Shown: one piece after another, positions 24,146-35,273 of the stretch | Numbering within the stretch: the stretch's first letter is position 1 | Layout of the letters: every line of letters begins with the position of its first letter | DNA from: Mobula hypostoma | Lineage: Eukaryota | NCBI RefSeq assembly: GCF_963921235.1 | Contig: NC_086097.1 | Location: 240,066,001-240,130,000, forward strand | DNA length: 64,000 nt | Direction: 5' to 3' | Program-made: the position numbers and the translations under genes | Notes under the pieces: model-generated | Told to the model about the DNA's origin: nothing | Seen by the model: the letters and a program-made list of their open reading frames with translations, nothing else | The model's database searches: none

Positions 24146-24469
24146 TTTAAGGATTTAAGGCATCCGTTAGTCTTGCAAGACCATGGAGTCTTCACTCTCC
24201 AGGGCGGAGGCCTGGGCAAGGTTGTATGGAAGACCAGCAGTTGCCCATGCTGCAAGTCTCCCCTCTCCACGATCTCCCCTCTCCACGACACCAATGTTGT
24301 CCAAGGGAAGGGCATTAGGACCCATACAGCTTGGCACCAGTGTCGTTGCAGAGCAATGTGTGATTAAGTGCCTTGCTCAAGGACACAACACGTTGCCTCG
24401 GCTGGGGCTCGAACTCACGACCTTCAGGTCCCTAGTCAAATGCCTTAACCATTTGGCCATGTGCCCACA
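24146..24469 (-). mobile_element. tRNA-derived SINE, same family as 12701-13011
   Basis: Reverse complement of the 12701 copy, with a 16-bp internal duplication at 24257-24288 and short agaaa TSD. Confidence 0.85.
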
Positions 24470-25434
24470 AGAAAATACAACACTCATTTATCAAACAGTC
24501 TTAGATAAGTAGAACAACCAATGTTCTTCACATGGGCATTAACAAGGAAAATTTGGCATTGAATTAGTGAAGGAATGAGAGGTAACATGACCAAATGGCT
24601 TTGCTTCAAGAGGTGACATAAGATTGAGGCTGGATATCTTTCCAGTATGTCTTTCTAAGTCATCCTCTGAACTGAATGCAAGCAACTTATTTTCAATAAC
24701 ATCTTGCTGGAGAAAATAAAATTAAAATAAATAGGTCAGATCTTGCTATTATTGGCCCACGGTCAACAAACACTTACTGCAGTCATCCCCTGACATTAAT
24801 TGACTGATGCAACTGTGGTAGGCTTGTCTACTGGCCGAGGTGACCAAGGCCACCCTTAGCACCAGGGCCTCTATTGGTTCACAAGAGAAGTCTCATAAAA
24901 GAAGGCCCGTTCTAAAATGCTATAAAAGCTTTGAGAAAAATCATAGTTCTGTTGAAGGGCCTTGCCCAAATCTTTAGCTCTTTCCATAGATGCTGCCTAA
25001 CCTACTGAGTTCCTCCAGCATTTTTTGTGTTACTCAAAGTTTGCCCCCCAACTTTGTCAACTGTCAAAGCTCAAAGGGCTGTTATATGACTGATATCCAG
25101 AGATAACTTTATTTAAACAGGAAATAAAATTCACCTCACTATCGTGGACCTCTTCAAAAGGCGATGCCTCAGGAAGGGGGCATCCATCACTAAAGACCCT
25201 CACCATCTGGGACATGTCCTTATCTCATTTCTGCCTACAACTTGAAGGATCTTACTTAATGTTTTAGGAGCAATTTCTTCCCCTCTGCCATCCATGATCC
25301 ATGAACTTATGATGGCAACTTCAGTATTTCACTTTAGCATCACTCATTAATTTTATTTTTTATTATAATTTATGTTAATTTTAATGTATTGCTCTGTACT
25401 GCTGCAACAAAACAAAAGATTTCACAACATATGT

Positions 25435-26308
25435 CCGTAAGACCGTAAGACAAAGGAGCAGAAGTCGGCCATTCAGCCCATCGTGTCTCCGCCATTTTAC
25501 CATCAGCTGATCTATTCTCCCATTTAGTCCCACTCCCCCGCCTTCTCACCATAACCTTTGATGCCCTGGCTACTCAGATACCTATCAATCTCTGCCTTAA
25601 ATACACCCAATGACTTGCCCTCCACTGCTGCCCATGGCAACAAATTCCATAGATTCATCACCCTCTGTCTAAAAAAATTTCTTCGCATCTCTATTCTGAA
25701 TGGGCGCCCTTCAATCCTTAAGTCATGCCCTCTCGTACTAGACTCCCCCATCATGGGAAACAACTTTGCCACATCCACTCTGTCCATGCCTTTTAACATT
25801 CGAAATGTTTCTATGAGGTCCCCCCTCATTCTTCTAAACTCCAAGGAATACAGTCCAAGAGCAGACAAATGTTCCTCATATGTTAACCCTCTCATTCCTG
25901 GAATCATTCTAGTGAATCTTCTCTGTACCCTCTCCAACGTCAGTACATCCTTTCTTAAATAAGGAGACCAAAACTGCCCACAGTACTCCAAGTGAGGTCT
26001 CACCAGCGCCTTATAGAGCCTCAACATCACATCCCTGCTCCTATACTCTATTCCTCTAGAAATGAATGCCAACATTACATCCGCCTTCTTCACCACCGAC
26101 TCAACCTGAAGGTTAACCTTAAGGGTATCCTGCACGAGGACTCCCAAGTCCCTTTGCACCTCAGAACTTTGAATTCTCTCCCCGTTTAAATAATAGTCTG
26201 CCCGTTTATTTCTTCTGCCAAGGTGCAAAACCATATATCGTATTTCATTTGCCACTTCTGTGCCCATTCTTCCAATCTATCCAAGTCTCTCTGCAGACTC
26301 TCTGTTTC
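25435..26308 (-). mobile_element. CR1 LINE 3' fragment
   Basis: ORF 25524-26267 encodes the CR1 ORF2 C-terminus; 3' UTR with (tcttacgg)n tail. Confidence 0.92.
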
Positions 26309-26555
26309 ATGTCAGTGATAATACATCTGATTCTGAATTAGACAAATTTTCTTTTTTTCTCCCATGCTTTCCTCATGTCAGGCCTACAAACCTCATTGAA
26401 ATCAACAAGGTTTCAGCTATAGAGCCAGGTCTTCCTTGGTACTTCATAAAACTCTGGTTAGGCCACATCTGGAGTACTGCATACAGTTTTGGTCATGCCT
26501 TTATAGGAATGTTGTTGAAGCTTTGAAGAGGGTATAGAAGAGGTTCACTAGAATG

Positions 26556-27698
26556 TTCAAGCAACACGCATCAAAGTTGCTGGTGAACGTAGCAGGCCGG
26601 GCAGCATCTCTAGGAAAAGGTACAGTTGACGTTTCGGGCCCAGACCCTTCAGCAGGACTAACTGAAGGAAGAGCTAGTAAGAGATTTGAAAGTAGGAGGG
26701 GGAGGGGGAGATCCAAAATGATAGGAGAAGACAGGAGGGGGAGGGATGGAGCCAAGAGCTGGACAGGTAATAGGCAAAAGGGATATGAGAGGATCATGGG
26801 ACAGGAGGCCCAGGGAGAAGGAAAAGTGGGAGAAGGGAAAAAAACCCAGAGGATGGGCAAGGGGTATAGTCAGAGGGACAGAGGGAGAAAAAGGATAGAG
26901 AGAGAAAAAATGTGTGTATATAAATAAATAACGGATGGGGTACGAGGGGAAGGTGGGGCATTAGCGGAAGTTAGAGAAGTCAATGTTCATGCCATCAGGT
27001 TGGAGGCTACCCAGACGGAATATAAGGTGTTGTTCCTCCAACCTGAGTGTGGCTTTATCTTTACAGTAGAGGAGGCCGTGGATAGACATGTCAGAATGGG
27101 AATGGGATGTGGAATTAAAATGTGTGGCCACTGGGAGATCCTGCTTTTTCTGGCAGACAGAGTGTAAGTTTTCAGCAAAGTGATCTCCCATTCTGTGTCG
27201 GGTCTCGCCAATATATAGAAGGCCACATCGGGAGCACCGGACGCAGTATATCACCCCAGCCAACTCACAGGTGAAGTGTCACCTCACCTGGAAGGACTGT
27301 CTGGGGCCCTGAATGGTGGTAAGGGAGGAAGTGTAAGGGCATGTGTAGCACTTGTTCCGCTTACAAAGATAAGTGCCAGGAGGGAGATCAGTGGGGAGGG
27401 ATGGGGGGGACGAATGGACAAGGGAGTTGTGTAGGGAGCGATCCCTGCGGAATGCAGAGAGGGGGGGGAGGGAAAGATGTGCTTAGTGGTGGGATCCCGT
27501 TGGAGGTGGCGGAAGTTACAGATAATAATATGTTGGACCTGGAGGCTGGTGGGGTGGTAGGTGAGGACCAGGGGAACCCTATTCCTAGTGGGGTGGCGGG
27601 AGGATGGAGTGAGAGCAGATGTACGTGAAATGGGGGAGATGCATTTGGGAGCAGAGTTGATGGTGGAGGAAGGGAAGCCTCTTTCTTTAAAAAAGGAG
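26556..27698 (-). mobile_element. Penelope-like element 3' fragment (same family as 3368-4942) inserted in an old CR1
   Basis: GIY-YIG ORF 26961-27263; mutated hammerhead at about 26622-26660; flanking CR1 sequence resumes on both sides. Confidence 0.88.
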
Positions 27699-28600
27699 AG
27701 ATGTTGCCTGGTTTAGAGGGCAGGTGCTATCAAGAGAGGCTGGACAAACTTGGGTTGTTTTCTCTACGATCAGCAGAGGCTGCAGGAAGATCTGACAGAG
27801 GTTTATAAGTAGAGTAGACAGGGAGTATCTTTTTCCCAGGCTAGAAATGTCTAATGCCAGAGGGTATGCATTGAAGGTGAGAGGGGGTAGGTTCAAGAGG
27901 GATGTGAGAGGCAAGTTTTTTCTCAGAGAGTTTTTCTCTTTGGAGTGAAGGAGGTTGAGAAGTGGCTTGTACAAGTCGATAAGAGACATACATGGAGCAG
28001 ACAGGTGCCACCCTTATACACAGGGCAGCAATGGCTAATACCAGAGGATATCATTTAGGATGAGTGGAGGGAAGTTCAGAAAAAAGTCAGAGGCAGGTTT
28101 TTACATAGAGAGAGGTGGGTGCATGAAACGCACTGCCAGGGATGTTGGTAGAGGCAGATACATTTAAAAGACCCTCAGCTAGGCACATGGACGTAAGGAA
28201 AATGTAGGTTTATGGGCTTTGTAGGAGGAAAGGGTTCGATTGATCATGGTATAAATTAAAAGGCCAGCAGACCAGGGGACACAGTCTCAGAATAGGGAGG
28301 CATCCGTTTAGAATGGAGATGGGGAGGGATTTCTTTAGCCAGAGAGTAGTGAATCTGTGGAATTCACTGCCACAGGTGGCTGTGGAGGCTGTCAATGGCT
28401 ATACTCAAGGCAGAAGTTGATGTATTTTTGATTAGTTATGGCATGAAGTGGTATGTGGAGAAAGCAGGAGGTTGGGGCTGAGAGGAAATATGGATGAAAT
28501 GGCAGAGCAGACTCAATGGGCCAAATGGCCTAATTCTACCCCTATATCTTCTGGCCTTAAGGACTGAATGGCCTGTACTGTGCTGTACTACTTTATGCTC
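27699..28600 (+). mobile_element. Cluster of degenerate CR1 3' fragments
   Basis: Repeated CR1 ORF2-end motifs (ggggacacagtctcagaata..., gtgaatctgtggaattcactgcc) and 3' UTRs. Confidence 0.7.
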
Positions 28601-28726
28601 AGTGGTGAACACCAATAAGCACAAACCATCCTGATGGATATGTTTCCCACCAGTGCCAAGTACGTCCTGGCCTTCCTCTCTCCTGCTATTAGGACAGGTA
28701 TGGAGAAGGACGAGGGATGGAACTAG

Positions 28727-28809
28727 AGCAGGAGTTCCCAACCTGGAGACCATGGACTCCTCAGTTAATGGTATTGGTCCATGGCATAAAAAAAGTAGGG
28801 AACTTCTGT
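28727..28809. mobile_element. hAT-like MITE remnant
   Basis: Imperfect terminal inverted repeats caggagttcccaac / gtagggaacttctg. Confidence 0.45.
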
Positions 28810-30679
28810 GTGAGAGAGTAACGCATGATTCAGTACGTGCAGCAAATTCAGCCCAATCAATTAGGCAGCTGTCCCTGTTTAGGTACATCCCCTGATGCTT
28901 GTGAGAAAGACATTGAATGGGCTGAGTTTGCTTTGGTTTTATATATATGATGGATTCTTAGCAGCAACCTGTTAGTTTCTTGATCCCCTTTACTCATAAT
29001 TACTTTTTATTCCAAGTTTATTTTAATTAACTGAATTTAAAGTTACATTCTCTGAATTGTTATTCCTGGCTCCTGTACTAACTTATGATTAATTTTGAAG
29101 CAGCCATTTACAGGAAAATAAAAAAAATACAATAGAATTTATGAAAAACTCACTTTCAAGGAATCTACAAGTCAAGTTCTCAATATGACTTATTTATTTA
29201 TTTATTATTTTTGTTTTTGGAGTTTGTCTTCTTTTGCACATTTGTAGTTTGTGTTTAATTTTTCATTTATTCTATTCTGTTTCTTTGCACCTACTGTGAA
29301 TGCCCACAAGAAAATGAATCTCAGAATAGTATATGGTGACATAAGACCAAAGGATATAGGAACAGAATTTAGCCCTTCCAGACTGCTCTGCCATTTCATC
29401 ATGGCGGATCCCACTTTCCTCTCAGCCCCAGTTTCCTGCCTTCTCCCTCTCAATCCCTTTCTCAGTAGAAGTAGTGGCACAGCAGTGAAGTGGTTAACGT
29501 AATGCTTTACAGTGCCAGTTGTAAGGTCAAGGTTCAGCTGCACTACTGTCATGGCAGATTTTTAAGGGACTCTTAGGCAGGCACATGATGAAAGAAAAGG
29601 GAGGGTTATGTGGGAGAGAAAAGTTAGACTGATCTTGAAGTAGGTTAAAAATTCGGGACAATCTGGGTCAAAGGGTCTGTATTGCACTGTACTGTTTTAT
29701 ATGCTATGATCTAAATCATCATAACTGAACACTACAAACAAAACCTTACATTACTACTTCACCAATATTTCTACATGGTCCTGTTTCCATAAAGTTTGAG
29801 GTATCTCTGGCTGTTCACTGTTATATCTGCCAGAACCATGGGACGTCAGGCATTTCCATAAATATGCACGGAGGACCTGATATTAACTTGGAATATCAAT
29901 CTTTTTAAATTGAACTCTTTGTAAAATTGTGTTTACTTCCTGGTATTTAATAAAGCATAACATTCCCTGATAGTTGCATTGATTCCTCTATCCAGCAGTA
30001 ATTTACTTCCGAGGTTTCCGCATTGCGAGAGCATGGGAAGCCCTGCTATTATATGAGGTTCCTTGCTGGCAATTTCCATGCTGTGTTTCCAAAAGGCCCA
30101 AAGAAATATCCGCAAATCAGCTAAAATGGAAACTCATAAAATGGCTGGCAAAGATTTATTGTGGTCACTCATTACTTTCAACCAACCAGAATGATGGATT
30201 TTGCCATAGTCAGATTCTACAAAACTTTAAGTTTGGATATTCTTTATTTTTGCATCCAATTTAGAAGTTAGAGGGAAGGAGCGACTGAGACTGCATGGGG
30301 TGACCTGATTTCTGTGAGGCAGCTGACTATGCATTCTATCACACATTTGCTCTGTATATGGTAGAATAGGCCATATGTGACCTTCCTCGCTCAAAGTCCT
30401 TTCCTCTACAATCGTCCCTTGTGGACAGTGGACGTTGTGGTGAAGGTAATTTGGAGACTAGACTTGGTCAACGTTGAAGATAATTTTGTTGGGGGTTTGA
30501 GATAGATGTAAGGATGAAATAGTGGATGGAGTAATGATCACAGTTATAACACTGAACAGCCCCTTCAGCCCATTAACTGTACGTTGGCAATCATCCACCT
30601 AATCCTACTTGGGTTTAGTTCTTTCCACGTTCTCATCAACTTCATCCAGATTCTATCACTCATCAAAAGATTAAAAATT

Positions 30680-30992
30680 AAAGTTTAACTTTATTTGACA
30701 CATGTACGTTGAAACATTGAACATACAATGAACCGCGACATTTGCGTCAATGACTGACACAGTCTAGGGATGTGCTGGGGGCAAGTCTGCAAGTGTCGCC
30801 ATGCCTGCGGCACCAACGTAGTATGCCCACAATTACCAACCTTAACACCCACATCTTCCGAATGTGGGAGGAAACTGGCGCACCCACGCAGTCGCCAGGA
30901 CAACGTAAACGCTCCTTATCATCAGCGGCGAGAATTGAACCCTGATCATTCAGTTGCTGGCGCTGTAATGCATTATGCTACCATGCCACCCT
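30680..30992 (-). mobile_element. V-SINE (HE1-like)
   Basis: Antisense V core (gaatgtgggaggaaactggcgcaccc) with tRNA-like head near 30990. Confidence 0.7.
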
Positions 30993-31244
30993 ATACCAGG
31001 CTGTGGTCCCATTTGCTGATCTCTCTCTCTTAGCTTCACCCACTCCCCACCACACAGCGGATCACAAACATGACTCCAGCCAAAGCCAAGCCAGTCCCAG
31101 AGCTCCCAATAGAGTCATTGAATCATTGAGAAGTACAGCAGGGAAAAAGGCCTTTCAGCCCTTCTTATCCAAGCCAAAACCATTTGAACTGCCTACTCCC
31201 AACGACCTAAAACAGGACCCTAGCTTTCCATATCCCTACTAAAA

Positions 31245-33385
31245 ATGTTGATAATTATTTTGTGTGAACCATCTAGTTAAGTATTGCTACAAGGAAGCCC
31301 TCTGCTTCTGGGACGATGTCTCCAACTCTGAGCCAGGCATTTGGTGCATCCTTGTTGACATCTAGTCTGCTCAGATCATGGGAGTGTCTTCCATGGAGGG
31401 TCAAGCTCTTCCATTGGTTAACAATTTCTTCAATGGTGATAATTTCTTCATTTTCCGGGTTGTGCTCTCACTTACGTTTAGTGATGTGTACTTCTTATCA
31501 GAATTGCATAAAATTTCAAATCTTCCAGGTATAGAAGGTGTGTCAAGGTATAATTCATTCCGTTGTTTCTGATTTGATACCCAATTTAGTCTGATTCAGT
31601 GAATTATAGAATTGCTTCAATGATCGACAGAACCATGGTGGACTTCGAGAGACGCCTTGGAAAATGCCTTAGTTTATTTTGAAATTGGTGCTTGTTCTTT
31701 TTTGGTTGTTAATAGACAGGGTGCTTATAGTATGATGCTGAAGGAATTTCACAAATATTGGGTGTGGTTTATATATATAATGAACTTCTATTAACCATGA
31801 GTGTGGGACAGAGTCAAATGCTTTTTTCGTAGTCAATATAGCAACATGAATGATTTCTGCTTTTCCTTTGGACTAGTTTTAGAATTACGGAATCTATTAT
31901 CAGTTGTTCTTTACATCCTTTCATCCTCTTATGCTCTTCTGTAAGTACATTGTTGTTATCTAAGTGATTGGTGATTAGTTGCAAGATACATGATGTTAAA
32001 ATTATATATATAGTTTGTAAACAAGTAATAGCACAATATTTTGAAGGATCATTTGTGATTTCCCCTTGAGGTAAAAATATGTTTTATATTCTGTCAAATA
32101 TTCAGGCACTTTTTCAGGAATTTTAATAAAATTGTTGATATGCATTAATAGATACCGATGAAGGGAAGTAATTTTTTTATAAAAATAATTATGAGTATTA
32201 TCACTTCCAGTACTTTTTGAATTTTGGGTATATTTTATAACCTCTGTCAGCATATCCACTGTAACACCGGTTATTTGAATTTCTTCAATCATGTATGTGT
32301 ATTCGTTTTCTACCCAAATCCAGCTTTCTTCTTGATTGTTCTTCACCCTGTTTGACGAAATGTTAGACCAAAATTTCATTATCTCTGTGTTTGCTTGGTA
32401 ATTCTTTGCTAGGGATGATGATATTTTGGTGTGTTGAATTTAGTTTCAAAGTCCTGTATAAATCTTTTCCATTGTTTCTGAACTGATAATTCTGTTTTCT
32501 TATCTGGTTCATCATGTACTGTATCTATTTTGTCTGGCTTTGTATGCACCAAGCTTTTGTTTTAGTGCATCTATAAACTCTGAAGTGCTTTTGTTAGACT
32601 GATTGTATCCTGATGGACCTTTTAGTTTCTTAGGTATTTCTATAGCTTTTCTCTTAGCTTTCTTGCTTGGGTTATCCACTGTAGACGCCATTAGGTCAGC
32701 TCCTTCTGCTCTAAGGATTTCAATCTTTTTTCTTAATCTTTTCTGCTATTTTGATGATCTCATTTCATCATTCAGTTTTAAGTTTCTACTATTGGGTGCC
32801 TCTATTTTGGATCCATTGCATTGCTCTGCAGTTCATGCTGCACAGTATGTTGTGTGTAGTTCTTCAAATAGTTCAAGTTCTCCTAAACGTTGTAATATAT
32901 TATTGAGAGTATTAACAATTTTTGCAAATATTTTGTTTTGGTATGTAAGGTCTTTTCGTTGGGTCAGTGCCCATATATTCTGTTAGTGTGGTGTTAAATA
33001 TTAGGATAATTTTGTCTGTAAGCTCATTTTCATCATCAGCATTCTGCGAAGGCTCTTCATCTGTGTTGTTGGTGAATCCAATTGTGAAGCAGTTGAAATA
33101 ATTGTATTTTCATCAGTGCTCCAGTGGGTTGCATTTTCATTATTTTCTTGCATACTATTGTCATGATCTTTAGGTTGGTGCTTTCTAGTTCTTAAGCAAC
33201 TTCATGTTTTATTTGGTTTAGCATGTCTATAGGGACTAAATTATTTTTTACTATCACTTTACATTGATCTGCTATTCATTGTGCATGTACTTGCGTGAAG
33301 CAATGTTGATGAAGTTTCTCCCTGTATCCTGTCATGTCAGTCTGAAGTTACTTGATAACATACACACTCAATAATATATTTTATT
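31245..33385 (-). mobile_element. R4/Dong-clade non-LTR retrotransposon relic, internally deleted
   Basis: Minus-strand remnants KFWSNI, NSKSTGSDNTHNYFYKK...PEYLT, IDY.KAFDSVPHSWL (frameshifted, about 31795-31840) and LHGRH...NAWLRVGDIVPEAEGFLVAI (about 31285-31410). Confidence 0.75.
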
Positions 33386-34246
33386 TTCTGTATTGCAAGG
33401 TAAGGTTAATGTACACAATCATTCAGAAAATCTGTAAAGTGGGGGCACAAGCAAACAACAAACATCCAGAGGAAGTGAATGTGTCAAGCAGCACCTATGG
33501 AAGCAAAGGGATGGTTTCAGTTGTGATGACTTTCTGATCCATAAAATGAGCTTCAGATCTTTTTATTATTTAAGTCAAACTTAACCAACTTTGCAACAAT
33601 CACTTTCAGAATATTATGGATGTTAATAATATGAAGCATAAATATGAGAGGGGAACTAGCAATCCGAGTCTGGCCTCAGAATACATGTATTGAATAAATA
33701 AGCACCACATGTTTATTTATATAATTTTATTCCCTTCTAACTGAAAATGGTATGGTCAAGTACATGACCATGATCAAATGCACCCAGTTCAACTCTTCTG
33801 AACCCAATCCAGCTTCTCCTGCGGCCTAACGACCCAATTCGACCACACTGGCCCGATGGTCCAACTCGACCTCCCCGGCCCGACAGCCCGATTTGCCTTC
33901 TCTGAACTACTGGCCAGATTTTATGACACGCAATGTTTTATGCCCAAACAATGGGCCGCTCACTGATGCGTTGTACCTGTTATACACATAGCTATTGGAA
34001 TCAAGAATAGTCTTACTATGTTTAAAAGATCATTTAACAAGGAAAAAAGCACATTTGGTTGGCCCCCAAGAGGCCGCTGTGTGTATGCCCGTCACCATCT
34101 TATCGGACAATGTCAAGTACTGAATCATTTCAAGCATTTAAACCTAATGCTCATGGCATTTTAACTCTAGCTATTTCATATAATTATTCTGCTCTTCATA
34201 TTTACACCTCCTATTACTTAATCTGCTGTATTAACCCTTTTCTCAT

Positions 34247-35101
34247 TGTTACGTACCCCGTAACTGGGTTGCCAAACCAGCAGAAATGGATCACTCAGTT
34301 GGAGTCTGGAGTACTAGAACTAAGAAAGTTTTATTAAAGAAACAAGCAACACATTAATCGAAAGGATAATAAATGCAACAGTTCAGCGATGATAAACGCA
34401 CATGTGCACAGAATTAAGATAACAGCATCAATCAAGCTCTATCGTTGTCTAGGGGTAAATGACCAATTTCAAAATGACTCAAAGTTCAGTCCAGTTTGTA
34501 GTTCAGTTCGCAGTAATCGTTGCCATGGCGATGGACAAGGTGGGGGAAGAGAGACAGAATAGGAACAACTGATCATTCAGCACAGCTTCACTCACAGACC
34601 AGCGAGATTGCTCACGAGCAACTTTTGGGCGGGTCCTTGGTGATGTCACCTGAGGTCACCGACTGTGACCCCTCCTCCAGATGCGGTCGATCCTCTGCAG
34701 TGAACCCGGCACCCAGGCAAGGGCGGACACACACCGGGTTCCCGCTGATCGTACCTTTCCACCCTTGTCGTTGTCTGGCACTTCTCACCCACTCGTGAGA
34801 GGCGCACCGCTTCCAGGGTCTCGTTACCTCGGGTGGTGTGTGTCTGTCTTAGCGAACCTGTCCCTTTTTATCCCCCTGCTGGGGTATCGCCTGTCCATCA
34901 CTTCAAACAGTTCAGGGTTCAAAGGGGGGAGCCGCTCCAGACAGCTCTCTCTCCCACATCCCTTCATTACACATCTCCAGACGCTGCTCCATTGTTCCTT
35001 ATCTCTCCTTCCCCTGAGGGCAGGTGGCAGACCAACTGCTGATGCCACTGATGCTAGCCCAGGCCAGCAAACATCTTAATTTTATGTGTATTCTCGTAAC
35101 A
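34247..35101 (-). repeat. 3' LTR (855 bp)
   Basis: Direct repeat of 38348-39204; preceded on the minus strand by polypurine tract aaaggggggaag (35102-35113). Confidence 0.95.
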
Positions 35102-35273
35102 CTTCCCCCCTTTAAGGATTTTTACCGTGAGGTAAAAATTACAAACATGACTACATTATCTTATACATACACAATATACATCTTTAACAGTTATTTAGCT
35201 AATACAGAGAATTTGAAGCTGTCAACACCTTGACAGACAGTCATCACATTTTCTGTTCCTTTTACACGTGTTA

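Noticed and set aside
33823..33903. Collagen exon (Gly-X-Y)
   Set aside because: Only eight triplets, almost no Pro, and no convincing splice sites; explained by a 9-bp periodic repeat.
34520..35079. ORFs inside the LTRs (also 38784-39182)
   Set aside because: No recognisable domain; duplicated only because the LTR is duplicated.
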